Shown here: piece by piece, positions 8,874 to 18,258 of the stretch
How positions within the stretch are numbered: position 1 is the first letter of the stretch
How the letters are laid out: each line of letters starts with the position of its first letter
NCBI GenBank assembly: GCA_036505735.1
Contig: DASXSZ010000203.1
Location: forward strand, 1,658-65,657
Direction of reading: 5' to 3'
From: Solirubrobacterales bacterium
GTDB lineage: Bacteria; Actinomycetota; Thermoleophilia; Solirubrobacterales; 70-9
DNA length: 64,000 nt
Notes under the pieces: model-generated
The model's input: the letters and a program-made list of their open reading frames with translations, nothing else
Told to the model about the DNA's origin: nothing
Databases searched by the model: none
Made by a program: the position numbers and the translations under genes

Positions 8874-9866
8874 GTGCGGACGAAGGCGCGCTTCCCCGAC
8901 GTCCCGGAGAAGGCCGGGCACTACGAGAGCTTCTACCTGAAGCTCGTCCAGCCGGGCGGCGGCACGGGTGCCTGGATCCGCCATACCGTCCACAAGCGCC
9001 CCAAGCGACCGGCGACCTGTGCCCTGTGGTTCGTCCTCTTCGACTCCTCGGCGACCGGCCCACGCGCGACCAAGCGGCAGTTCGGCGCGGCTGAGCTCAG
9101 CGCCGCGCCGGACTGCTACATCCGCATCGCCGACGCGAGCCTGACGGACGGCAGCGCGGTCGGTGGCGTCGCCACCGATGCGCTCGAGGCGAAATGGGAC
9201 CTGAGCTTCGCCGACAGCCACGAGCCCTTCCACCACCTGCCGCGCGACTTCCTCTACAACGCGCCCGTCCCAAGGACGAAGTTCCTCAGCCCCTACCCCG
9301 ACTCCGTCTTCAACGGCCATCTGGAGGTGGGCGGCGAGTGGATCGCCGTCGAGGGCTGGCGGGGGATGATCGGCCACAACTGGGGGGCCGAGCACGCCGA
9401 GCGCTGGGTCTGGATCCAGGGATCGGGCTTCGAGGACCGCTCGCCGGAGGACTACTTCGATATGGCGGTCGGCCGGATCAAGGTGGCGGGCAGGACCACC
9501 CCCTGGGTCGGCAACGCGATGCTGATGCTCGATGGTGAAGCGCACCGGCTCGGCGGCTTCGGCCACATCCCGAGCACGGAGGTCTCCGAGCAGCCCACCG
9601 GCGCGGGTTTCGAGCTCCGGGGAAAGGGCGTCAAGGTCACCGGCAGCGTCCAGGCTCCGGCCAAGGACTTCGTCGCGTGGGTCTATGCCGACCCGGTCGG
9701 CCCCGAGCACAACACGCTCAACTGCTCAATCTCCGATCTGGAGCTGGACGTCGAGCTCGACGGCGGGCCCGCCCAGCGCCTTGCCGTGAACGGCGCCGCC
9801 GCGTACGAGTTCGGAACGAGGGACACCGATCACGGCATCCCGGTGCAGCCCTACCCCGACGGCTGA
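8874..9866 (+). CDS. hypothetical soluble protein (331 aa)
   Basis: GC3-rich ORF with a GTG start 10 nt after the upstream stop and no TM segments. Only a weak resemblance to tocopherol-cyclase/CrtC-like beta-rich proteins (HYESFYLK..., GHNWGAEHAERWVW). Confidence 0.6.
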   Translation: MRTKARFPDVPEKAGHYESFYLKLVQPGGGTGAWIRHTVHKRPKRPATCALWFVLFDSSATGPRATKRQFGAAELSAAPDCYIRIADASLTDGSAVGGVATDALEAKWDLSFADSHEPFHHLPRDFLYNAPVPRTKFLSPYPDSVFNGHLEVGGEWIAVEGWRGMIGHNWGAEHAERWVWIQGSGFEDRSPEDYFDMAVGRIKVAGRTTPWVGNAMLMLDGEAHRLGGFGHIPSTEVSEQPTGAGFELRGKGVKVTGSVQAPAKDFVAWVYADPVGPEHNTLNCSISDLELDVELDGGPAQRLAVNGAAAYEFGTRDTDHGIPVQPYPDG

Positions 9867-9937
9867 GCTTCGCCACCTCCATTAATCGGGTTGCGCTGCC
9901 GCGCACCCTCTCATCACGCTGACGCGCGCCCTCGCAG

Positions 9938-11050
9938 CTACTTCTTCTTGAAGAAGGCCCAGGTGTCGGGCAGGCCAAGCGCCGTCTGGAGCTGGGGACC
10001 AGTGACCGCGGTGCTCCCGCCGCCGCCGACCAGCTTCGCGTGGACGATCCGTGGCGAGGCGCCTCGCTGCGTCACCACGATGTTGCGCAGCTTGCCCCGC
10101 AGGCCGAGCCCGCTGAGGGCGGAGTTCATGCGGCCGAGGGAGAACTTCCGCTTCCAATGCTCGTAAGGGGACCCCACCTCGGCCTCGTAGGGGTCGTCGA
10201 CGCCGCGCAGGTACGGGATCGGTGGCTGCCCGAAGCCGAGCGACGAGAACTCGTTGTTCTCGGTGTGGCCGCCGGAGGTGGAGAAGAAGAAGGTCTGGGC
10301 GACCCTGCCGTTGTAGAGGACGACCTGCAGGTGGGTGGCGCTGACCGCCCGGTCGGTCTTCGCGGTCTCAGCACCGACGCCCCCGTACGCCTGGCTGCGG
10401 GTGTCGTCGAAGACGTCGAAGGTGCTGCCGTGAGCGGCCGTCGAGATCGCAAATGAGCGAGCGGCCACCGCCTGGGCATTGAGGGCCTCGGGCGGCCAGG
10501 ACGCCGGCGACTCCTTCGAGACCACGCCGCGCACGTAGTCCTCGAGCGCCACCACGTTGATCACGTCCAGCCCGCTGGACGACGCCCTCACCTCCAGCGA
10601 GCCGCGATAGGTGCCCTTGCCGTTGACGGTGACCGCGGGGGCCCCGGCCGCCGTCATCACCCCTCCGCACTTCGCGATCAGCGTGCCCTTCTTGGAGCGC
10701 AGCACGACCGCGCTTCCCTTGCGCTTGGCGACGTAGCTCTTCGCCGGCCCCAGACCCGCGCCGCAGGCCGACCCCGCACCGCGGAAGCTGACGCTGCGTG
10801 CGTCGTTGCGGAGCAGCACGCGAACGCTCTGGTCCGTGGTCGTGCCGAGAGTGGTGCCCGTGTAGTAGTGGGCCAGGATCGCTCCGTAGGGGAAGCCGTG
10901 CTTGGCGTACCCGTAGGCCCCGTACTGGCTCATCCCCACGCCGTGTCCGAAGCCCGCACCCTTGACGATCCAGACCTTGGCCGAGGCGGCGGCCGGGAAC
11001 CCGAGCGCGCACAGCACCCCAATCAGAACGATTCTCCGCCCCCGCAGCAT
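9938..11050 (-). CDS. SpoIID/LytB domain-containing protein (secreted)
   Basis: Signal peptide MLRGRRIVLIGVLCALGFPAAASA followed by GAGFGHGVGMSQYGAYGYA, the hallmark SpoIID motif. Confidence 0.85.
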   Translation of the reverse strand: MLRGRRIVLIGVLCALGFPAAASAKVWIVKGAGFGHGVGMSQYGAYGYAKHGFPYGAILAHYYTGTTLGTTTDQSVRVLLRNDARSVSFRGAGSACGAGLGPAKSYVAKRKGSAVVLRSKKGTLIAKCGGVMTAAGAPAVTVNGKGTYRGSLEVRASSSGLDVINVVALEDYVRGVVSKESPASWPPEALNAQAVAARSFAISTAAHGSTFDVFDDTRSQAYGGVGAETAKTDRAVSATHLQVVLYNGRVAQTFFFSTSGGHTENNEFSSLGFGQPPIPYLRGVDDPYEAEVGSPYEHWKRKFSLGRMNSALSGLGLRGKLRNIVVTQRGASPRIVHAKLVGGGGSTAVTGPQLQTALGLPDTWAFFKKK

Positions 11051-11128
11051 GTCCCAGGAATAACGGCCCTCGCGGCGGGAAGTTGCGGAGGACTAGGCTG
11101 TGGGTAGGCAACGGTCAAGGAGAGGACG

Positions 11129-12574
11129 ATGGCGACCGAGACGATTCAGGCAACGGACCACAAGCTCTATGTCGCCGGCGAGTGGATCGAGACCGGCGAG
11201 TGGTCCGAGGTGAACGCGCCCTATGACGGCACCCTGATCGGCCGCGTGCCGAGGGGCGACGCGGCGCTGGTCGGCAGGGCGACCGAAGCCGCCACGAAGG
11301 CCTTCTCCGAGGGAGGCTTTCCGGCGCACGAGCGAGCCGCGATGCTCGATCGCGCGGCGGAGCTGGTCCGCGAGCGCGAGGACGATCTCACCATGACGAT
11401 CGCGGCCGAGGCTGGCAAGCCGGTGAAGACCGCGCGGATCGAGGCCCAGCGCTGCGTCTCGACGATGCAGTTCTCGGCGGTCGCGGCCCGCACGCTGACC
11501 GGCCACACGGTGCCGATGGAGGCGGGGGCCGCCGGCGAGGGCAAGCTCGGGATCGTGATTCGCGTCCCCTACGGCGTCGTCGGGGCGATCAGCCCCTTCA
11601 ACTTTCCGCTCAACCTGGTCGGCCACAAGCTCGGCCCCGCGATCGCCGCGGGCAACGCCGTCGTGCTGAAGCCCGCCGGCCAGACGCCGATCTCCGCGAT
11701 CAAGCTCGCGGAGATCCTCTACGACGCGGGCCTGCCCGCGAACTGGCTGCAGGTCGTCTGCGGGTCGGGATCCGAGGTCGGCAACGCGATCGTCGAGGAC
11801 GAACGCATCGGGGCGATCACCTTCACGGGATCCGCGCCCGTAGGCTGGAGCATCCGCTCCAAGGCGCCGCACAAGAAGGTCAACCTCGAGCTCGGCTCAA
11901 CCGCCCCGCTGATCGTCCACGAGGACGGTGACTGGGAGCAGGCCGCGGACAAGGCGAAGCTCCACGCCTTCTCGCATGCCGGCCAGAGCTGCATCTCGGT
12001 GCAGCGGATCCTGGTCCACGAGTCAATCGCCGACGACTTCACCGTCCGCTTCGTGGCAAACGCGGAGTCCCTGGTCACAGGCGACCCGATGGACGAAAAC
12101 ACCGACGTCGGCCCGCTGATCACCCCCGGCGACCGCGACCGGGTCAAGTCCTGGGTCGACGAGGCGGTCTCGCAGGGCGGCGAGCTCCTCACCGGGGGCG
12201 AGCTGGTCGACGAGGAGCGCTGCCTGGCGCCGACGGTGATCAGGGGCGAGCCCCGCGAGTGCCACACCTGGAAGGACGAGATCTTCGGGCCCGTGGCGAC
12301 GATCCACACCTTCAAGAGCTTCGAGGAGGGTCTGGAGATGGCGAATGACTCCCGCTACGGCCTCCAGGCCGGGGTCTTCACGCGGGACGTCGGCAACGCG
12401 AAGAAGGCCGGCGAGACGCTCGAGTTCGGCGGCGTGCTGATCAACGAGGTCCCAACCTTCCGCACGGACCAGATGCCGTACGGCGGCGTCAAGGACTCGG
12501 GCAACACCCGCGAGGGCCCGAACTACGCGGTGCGCGAGCTGACCGAGGAGCGCCTGGTCACCTTCCAGGGCTGA
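11129..12574 (+). CDS. NAD(P)-dependent aldehyde dehydrogenase
   Basis: 481 aa. FPLNL, an ELGSTAPLIV glutamate motif and the catalytic Cys in HAGQSCISVQR. AGGAGAGG Shine-Dalgarno ahead of the ATG. Confidence 0.9.
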   Translation: MATETIQATDHKLYVAGEWIETGEWSEVNAPYDGTLIGRVPRGDAALVGRATEAATKAFSEGGFPAHERAAMLDRAAELVREREDDLTMTIAAEAGKPVKTARIEAQRCVSTMQFSAVAARTLTGHTVPMEAGAAGEGKLGIVIRVPYGVVGAISPFNFPLNLVGHKLGPAIAAGNAVVLKPAGQTPISAIKLAEILYDAGLPANWLQVVCGSGSEVGNAIVEDERIGAITFTGSAPVGWSIRSKAPHKKVNLELGSTAPLIVHEDGDWEQAADKAKLHAFSHAGQSCISVQRILVHESIADDFTVRFVANAESLVTGDPMDENTDVGPLITPGDRDRVKSWVDEAVSQGGELLTGGELVDEERCLAPTVIRGEPRECHTWKDEIFGPVATIHTFKSFEEGLEMANDSRYGLQAGVFTRDVGNAKKAGETLEFGGVLINEVPTFRTDQMPYGGVKDSGNTREGPNYAVRELTEERLVTFQG

Positions 12575-13202
12575 CCAGCTTCACGAAGCGGGCCCTGGTG
12601 AGAGTGCGCAGCGCGCGCAGCTCGCCCGCCGTCTTCTCGAACAGGGTCACCTGCTCATCTCCCCCCGTACCCATCGGGTGAACCAGTCGACCGCTGTCCG
12701 CCAGCTGCTGCGCCAACGGCGGCGGCACCTCGGGCGAGGCCGCCGAGACCACGATCGCGTCGTAGGGGGCATGCTCGGCAACCCCCTCGCAACCGTCGGC
12801 GACCCTGACCTCCGCGTTCAGGATGCCTTCGTTCGCGAGGTTCCGCCTGGCCGCCTCCGCGAGGTCGGGGAAGCGCTCAACGCTCCGTACCCTGCCCGCC
12901 AGGGTCGCGAGCAGGGCCGTCTGCCAGCCGAGTCCGGTACCGATCTCCAGCACATGGTCTGCTCCGCGCAGGCTCATCGCCTCGACCATGCGAGCCACCA
13001 GCGATGGTTGCGTCGTCACCTGCCCGTGCCCGATCGGGATCGGCTCGTCGAAGTAGGCGTCCGCGGCCGCCTCAGCAGGCACGAACTCGGCGCGCGGGAC
13101 GCGAGCGATCGCCTCCAGCACCCGCTCGTCGCGAATGCCGGCGGCACGGACCGCGCGCAGGAGCTCGGCGATGCCCGGTCGACTTGATCTCGGCATCACC
13201 AA
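12558..13202 (-). CDS. pcm: protein-L-isoaspartate O-methyltransferase (paralogue 1)
   Basis: VPRAEFVP..., PIGHGQVTTQPSLVARMVE and LEIGTGLGWQTALLA (SAM motif I). Convergent with the aldehyde dehydrogenase gene and overlapping it by 17 nt. Confidence 0.85.
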   Translation of the reverse strand: MVMPRSSRPGIAELLRAVRAAGIRDERVLEAIARVPRAEFVPAEAAADAYFDEPIPIGHGQVTTQPSLVARMVEAMSLRGADHVLEIGTGLGWQTALLATLAGRVRSVERFPDLAEAARRNLANEGILNAEVRVADGCEGVAEHAPYDAIVVSAASPEVPPPLAQQLADSGRLVHPMGTGGDEQVTLFEKTAGELRALRTLTRARFVKLVSPGR

Positions 13203-13218
13203 GAGGGTTACCCCTGAG

Positions 13219-14847
13219 CTATTTCGAGCGCTCCAGCCACGGACCGGGTCTGTACGCGGCCAGGGCCCGGGCGCATTGCGTCCGCGAGCGGATCAGTTCG
13301 TGTCGCCTCCTCCCGACGTCAACGAAGACGACGTTGGAGTAGGGCTGGAGCTTCGCCGTGCCCTCCTCCGTGACGCTGATCCTGTCGTAGAGGGGAGTCG
13401 CCAGGTAGTCGATGGCGACTCCCTTGGGGGAGCACCGCAACGTCGACCCCGCAAACACGGGGTACGTGTCGATCTCGCTCGACGTCGCCAGGCGCGCGGC
13501 GGGCTTGAGGTCATAGTTGACGTTCAGGACGGGGACCCCGCGCGCGGTCTCCGCCGGATAGTCGAAGACCAGGACCACCGCCCCGTCGGCGGGATTGGCG
13601 CGCTCGACGGCAGCCAGCACCTTCGGCTGGAGCTCGGCGGAGCGGAGCCACTGATTCTGCTGGCGAACGTCCTGGATCCCATAGCCGGTCGCCACACAGG
13701 TAGCCCCGACGATGGCGAGGACGTAGCCGTTGCGCTGCAGCAGCGAGCCGGCGGCGCGCATCACCGCCCAGACGAGAACCGCCGCGGGGTAGAGGGCCAG
13801 GATGTTGACCCGGTCCTCGATCCCGCGGAAGGTGGGCGTGTAGAACGCCTGCGGGACGTAGATCACCCAGCAGACCGCGAGAGCCGCCAGCGCGGCCGCC
13901 GCGACGGCCGGCCACCGGATCCGGGGGCGAGCCTCGGCCCCATGCTCGCCACGACGCGATCGCATTGCTGCCAGAACGAGGACCGCGACTGCGGCCGCGA
14001 GGACGGTCGCGGTCAGGGCGGCGGGCATTTCCGCCGGGATCGTGACCGGCAGCAGCGTCCCCGTGATCAGGTCGGCGCCCTCACCGGCGATGTCGGGCAC
14101 GTGGCGGAGTTGCTCGGCGAGGCTCTCGACGTTCTTGTTGGTGTTCTCCCCCGTGTAGATCGCCGCCGCCGCGACCGCCGGGACGTCGAGCGCCATTCGA
14201 GGGAACGCGGCGCGCCAGCCACCCAGCCAGGCGTAGGCGGTCCAGGCGAACAGCGCGACGCCGGTGGTGACCTCGTAGGTGAGGATGCTGGCCACGTAGC
14301 AGGCGGTCGCCGCAACGTGGATCAGGATGCCGCGCGGGCCCTCGACTCGCAGGCCGCGCAGGGCGATCAGGAGACCCGCGAAGAGTAAAAGGACGGCGAA
14401 GTTGTTGAGACCGCCGGTGGGCCAAAACCTGACTGACGAAGCCCAGGGGAAGAGCAGCGCCAGCAGCGTGATCGGGACGGCGTCCTTGGGCGGAAAGCGG
14501 AGCCCACGGAGCAGGAAATAGAAGCCGACCGTGCAGGCGAGGGTGAGCAGCGCCACGACGAGCTGATGCCGGGCGGGATCGGTGCCGAGCACCTGGTATG
14601 AGCCGATCAGCATGATGCCGAGGAGCGGTTTGCTTCCGAGGATGTCGAACTGTCGCGAGAGGGCCTCGGAGAAGCCGTAGGCGTGCCACTCCCATTGGAT
14701 CGCCCAGTCGTCCGAGTAGAAGCCGCCGTCGGCGACCTGCCGGATCACGATCAGCAGCCAGAGCCCGAGGACGGCCGCGACGGCGGCGAACGCGGCGACC
14801 CGCACCGGTTTTGAGAGGGCGCTCGTGGACACGGCCCCACGGAGCAC
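13219..14847 (-). CDS. large polytopic membrane protein, possibly a GT-C-type glycosyltransferase
   Basis: 542 aa with about 12 hydrophobic helices followed by a soluble C-terminal domain of about 150 aa. The architecture resembles GT-C enzymes, but no diagnostic motif was recognised. Confidence 0.6.
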   Translation of the reverse strand: MLRGAVSTSALSKPVRVAAFAAVAAVLGLWLLIVIRQVADGGFYSDDWAIQWEWHAYGFSEALSRQFDILGSKPLLGIMLIGSYQVLGTDPARHQLVVALLTLACTVGFYFLLRGLRFPPKDAVPITLLALLFPWASSVRFWPTGGLNNFAVLLLFAGLLIALRGLRVEGPRGILIHVAATACYVASILTYEVTTGVALFAWTAYAWLGGWRAAFPRMALDVPAVAAAAIYTGENTNKNVESLAEQLRHVPDIAGEGADLITGTLLPVTIPAEMPAALTATVLAAAVAVLVLAAMRSRRGEHGAEARPRIRWPAVAAAALAALAVCWVIYVPQAFYTPTFRGIEDRVNILALYPAAVLVWAVMRAAGSLLQRNGYVLAIVGATCVATGYGIQDVRQQNQWLRSAELQPKVLAAVERANPADGAVVLVFDYPAETARGVPVLNVNYDLKPAARLATSSEIDTYPVFAGSTLRCSPKGVAIDYLATPLYDRISVTEEGTAKLQPYSNVVFVDVGRRRHELIRSRTQCARALAAYRPGPWLERSK

Positions 14848-14862
14848 GGTAGCGGCGCAGTG

Positions 14863-15021
14863 TCAGTTGGAAGGGCTGCGCTCCCGCTCCGCTGCCCGGG
14901 CGATCTGGCGCAGCCAGCGGCGCCGGATCAGGCCCGAGAAGGGCCCGACCACGAGCCAGTACCCACGGAAGCCCCGGCGGGCGGTCTCATCCGTGGCGTC
15001 GACCTGGGTCTCGGTGATCAC
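14863..15021 (-). CDS. candidate small protein (52 aa)
   Basis: GTG start preceded by GGAGG at a 7-nt spacing. 48 of 52 codons end in G/C. One hydrophobic stretch (YWLVVGPFSGLI) is flanked by Arg. Lies just downstream of fumC. Confidence 0.35.
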   Translation of the reverse strand: MITETQVDATDETARRGFRGYWLVVGPFSGLIRRRWLRQIARAAERERSPSN

Positions 15022-15095
15022 CCTTGCGCCTCCAAGCTGCCGCCGGTCTTCAATCCGCGACGCTTGTCCATTCCTCGATCGGCACGGAGCGAGGG

Positions 15096-16427
15096 TCAAT
15101 CGTGGGGGCGCGCCATCTTGCGATGGTCGAGCGCCTGCTCCAGGATCTCCTCCTCGACGCCCCTCTCCCGCGCCACCTCACGCAGCGGGCGGCCCGAGGA
15201 GTGGGCCTCCTTGACGATCTCGGCGGCCCGGTCGTAGCCGATGTGGGGGTTGAGGGCGGTGGCGGTCGCGAGCGTCGCTTCCGCGTGCCGCTCCAGCATC
15301 TCCTCGTTCGGCTCGATCCCGCTGACGCACTTCTCGTCGAACGCTCGCGATGCCGCGGCGAGCAGCTTGATCGAGTCGAGCAGGTTCCGGGCGATCAGCG
15401 GCACGCGCACGTTGAGCTCGAACTGGCCCTGGCTCCCGGCCAGCGTGATCGCCGCATCGTTACCGACGACCTGATCGGCGACCTGGATCACGACCTCGGG
15501 GATCACCGGGTTGACCTTGCCGGGCATGATCGATGAGCCCTTCTGCAGCTCGGGCAGGACGATCTCGGCGAGCCCGGCGCGCGGCCCGGAGCCCATCAGC
15601 GCCAGGTCGTTCGCGATCTTGAGAAGCGAGACGGCGACGGTCTTGAGCGCGCCGGACAGCTCGACCAGCGCGTCGCGGTTGCCCTGCGCCTCGAATGGGT
15701 CCGCCGGCTCGGAGATGTCGAGACCTGTGTCGGCGCTGAGCTTCTCTCGGACCTTCGCGGCGAACTCGGGATGCGTGTTGAGCCCGGTGCCGGTGGCTGT
15801 GCCGCCGAGCGGGATCTGGCCGACGCGGCCAAGGGTGGAGCGGACCCGCTCGGCGCCGAGGCGGACCTGCGCCGCGTAGCCGGAGAACTCCTGGCCGAGG
15901 GTCACGGGGACGGCGTCCATCAGATGCGTTCGGCCCGCCTTGACCAGGTCCTTGAACTCGTCGGCCTTGCGCTCGAGCGCGGCGCGCAGCTCGTCCAGGG
16001 CGGGCAGGAGGTCCGAGTGGACCTCACCCAGAGCGGCGAGATGAACCGCCGAGGGAAAGACGTCGTTCGAGGACTGGCCCCTGTTGACGTGGTCGTTGGG
16101 GTGGGCCTCGTCGCCGGCGAGCTCGGCGATCACCTCGTTGGCGTTCATGTTCGAGGAGGTGCCAGAGCCGGTCTGGAAGACGTCGATCGGGAACTGGTCG
16201 TCGTGCTCGCCGTTCGCGACCTCGTCTGCGGCCTTCGCGATTCGCTCGGCGAGGGCGGCATCGAGCTCGCCCAGCTCGGCGTTCGCCCTGGCGGCGGCGG
16301 CCTTCAGCCGACCCAGCCAGTGGATCACGGGGGCGGGCACCGGGCTGCCTGAGAGCTGGAAGTTTTCGACGGCTTTCGTGGTTTCGGCTCCCCAGAGCTG
16401 GTCGGTGGTCTTGGCTTCCATCTCCAT
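15096..16427 (-). CDS. fumC: class II fumarate hydratase (aspartase/fumarase superfamily)
   Basis: GSSIMPGKVNPVIPE signature, TGTGLNTHPEF and SSNDVFPSA motifs. 443 aa. Aspartate ammonia-lyase cannot be strictly excluded by eye. Confidence 0.85.
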   Translation of the reverse strand: MEMEAKTTDQLWGAETTKAVENFQLSGSPVPAPVIHWLGRLKAAAARANAELGELDAALAERIAKAADEVANGEHDDQFPIDVFQTGSGTSSNMNANEVIAELAGDEAHPNDHVNRGQSSNDVFPSAVHLAALGEVHSDLLPALDELRAALERKADEFKDLVKAGRTHLMDAVPVTLGQEFSGYAAQVRLGAERVRSTLGRVGQIPLGGTATGTGLNTHPEFAAKVREKLSADTGLDISEPADPFEAQGNRDALVELSGALKTVAVSLLKIANDLALMGSGPRAGLAEIVLPELQKGSSIMPGKVNPVIPEVVIQVADQVVGNDAAITLAGSQGQFELNVRVPLIARNLLDSIKLLAAASRAFDEKCVSGIEPNEEMLERHAEATLATATALNPHIGYDRAAEIVKEAHSSGRPLREVARERGVEEEILEQALDHRKMARPHD

Positions 16428-16436
16428 TCAGGCTAT

Positions 16437-16964
16437 CTAGCCGGAGGTGTGCCCGGCCGCGTATCCACGGCCGAAGGCCCGCTCGAAGCTCGCCGGCAGC
16501 GTGCCGCCCGTCTGGCTGAAGCGGGCCGCCGAATTGAGGCGCCGCACGAGGTCGGTGTGGATCGCGTCGGCCCCCTTGCCCACCGCGCCGATCAGGTAGC
16601 CGAGTTGAACGGTGGCCGGGCCGCCCGGGTCCCGGCGCGCTTCGGCGTTCAGCTTCGTTGCGGCGATGATCATCTCGTGCCCGATGTTGGCGAGCTGGCC
16701 CGCGTCCTGCTCGGGGACCAGGCAGTCGGAGATCGGCGTGCTGCCCGCGAGCCGGACCCGCCCCGGCGCGCTCTCGAGTGCCCGCAGGTATCCCTCGTTT
16801 CCGATCAGGCAGGCGGCGGGCGCCTCGTCGTTCTGCTTCGTGCCGCAGCCGGCGGCGAACAGGACCCCCGCGGTCGCCGCCAACGCGGCTGCCCGGCGCG
16901 CGATGGCGGATGGGCGGGGCACCCCAACGATCCTAGTGACGGGATCTCGTCCGCCGCGCCCCAT
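16437..16964 (-). CDS. putative lipoprotein, function unknown
   Basis: Signal peptide ending in the lipobox LFAAGC. The start is ATG 16964, or more likely GTG 16922 (AGGA 9 nt upstream). The Ser/Arg-rich N-terminal part of the ORF-track entry up to 17294 is discounted. Confidence 0.6.
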   Translation of the reverse strand: MGRGGRDPVTRIVGVPRPSAIARRAAALAATAGVLFAAGCGTKQNDEAPAACLIGNEGYLRALESAPGRVRLAGSTPISDCLVPEQDAGQLANIGHEMIIAATKLNAEARRDPGGPATVQLGYLIGAVGKGADAIHTDLVRRLNSAARFSQTGGTLPASFERAFGRGYAAGHTSG

Positions 16965-16977
16965 AACTTGATCACTC

Positions 16978-17430
16978 GTGACCGACGAGGCGACGCCCCT
17001 TCGCCCCATCGATCCGCTCGCGCACCGCGCGCTCGAGGCGCTGGTGCGGGCAGAGGCGAACCTCACCCGCCGTCTCGCGGCGGACCTCGAGAGGATCGGC
17101 GTCTCGGCGACCGGCTTCACGATGCTGGTGCTACTCACCAGCGCCGGCGGACGCCTGGAGCTGCGCACCATGCGCCGCCGCCTCGGCGCCTCCAAGGCGA
17201 CCGCCACCGAGGTCCTCGACACGCTCGAGAGCCGCGACTTCGTCAACCGCAGCCGGCTCGAGAGCGACCGTCGCGCGGTCGCCGTCGCGCTCACCCAGGC
17301 TGGCTACAACCTCGTTACCCACGCCTTCCCGGCCCACGCCGAGCGCGTGCGGGAGGCCTTCGGGGTCCTCGACGAGGCCGAGAAGCGCCAGCTCGCGGAC
17401 CTCTGCCGCAAGCTGGACCGAGCCGCCTAG
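16978..17430 (+). CDS. MarR family transcriptional regulator
   Basis: 150 aa with a winged-helix pattern (...LRTMRRRLGASKATATEVLDTLESRDFVNRSRLESDRRAVAVALTQAG). Confidence 0.85.
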   Translation: MTDEATPLRPIDPLAHRALEALVRAEANLTRRLAADLERIGVSATGFTMLVLLTSAGGRLELRTMRRRLGASKATATEVLDTLESRDFVNRSRLESDRRAVAVALTQAGYNLVTHAFPAHAERVREAFGVLDEAEKRQLADLCRKLDRAA

Positions 17431-18164
17431 CTCGCCCAGAGCGCCGCGAGCCGGGCGGGCGCCAGCCCCGAAAGTCGGACGCAATCGCGCGTCATGTGGG
17501 CCTGGTCGGCGTAACCGAGATCGGCGGCGATCCGGGCGAGATCGCCGTCTCCGGCCGCGATGGCCGGGGCCTGCGCGAGCAACCGCCTGAAGCGCAGGAC
17601 CCGATCCAGAGTCTTCGGCCCGTAGCCCACGGCTCGATGGAACCTCCGCCTGAGCTGACGGTCGCTGATGCCGAGAGCGTCGGAGAGCCAGTCGACGCGG
17701 CTCCCGGGGAACCCAAGCCGGCGGCTGGCGGCAAGCACCAGTGGATCCGGCTCGGCGTCCCGGATTCGCGAGCTGACCATCGCCTCGAGCAGCTCGAACG
17801 CGTCCTCCTCGCCGCGCGCCTCGCCCAGGCGACCCTCGAGCTCGGCGGCCGGCGAGCCGAGTAGGTCCTCGAGCGGGAAGTGGCCGTCGAGCACCTCGCT
17901 CGCCGGCATTCCCAGCATCGCCCCCGCAACGCCGGGTCGGAGCCGAAGTCCGAGGATCGTCTGCAGGGGGGTGATCGCGATGGAGCGGGCTCGGCGGTCG
18001 GGCCCGGCGAGCACCAGCTCGTCGCCCCGCCAGATCAGATCCACGCAGCCGTCCGGCAGCACGAGCGTTGTCCCGCCGCCTCCCTCCGGCACACGTCTCA
18101 CCCACCGGCACGCGACGAGCGAGTACAGGTCGCGTGATGGGGCGAGCTCGCGGTAGAGGCTCAC
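17427..18164 (-). CDS. AraC family transcriptional regulator
   Basis: C-terminal HTH_18 pattern (ISDRQLRRRFHRAVGYGPKTL...GYADQAHMTRDCVRLSG). The N-terminal domain with LPDGCVDLIW is typical of the DUF6597-AraC architecture. Confidence 0.8.
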   Translation of the reverse strand: MSLYRELAPSRDLYSLVACRWVRRVPEGGGGTTLVLPDGCVDLIWRGDELVLAGPDRRARSIAITPLQTILGLRLRPGVAGAMLGMPASEVLDGHFPLEDLLGSPAAELEGRLGEARGEEDAFELLEAMVSSRIRDAEPDPLVLAASRRLGFPGSRVDWLSDALGISDRQLRRRFHRAVGYGPKTLDRVLRFRRLLAQAPAIAAGDGDLARIAADLGYADQAHMTRDCVRLSGLAPARLAALWAS

Positions 18165-18258
18165 GCTCGCAACCTAGCGAACGTCCGAAAAGTTCAAGGC
18201 AGCCGGGTCGTTGCCGGATAGGGTCGCGGCCAATCGCAACTTCGGAAAGGAGCTCGGC

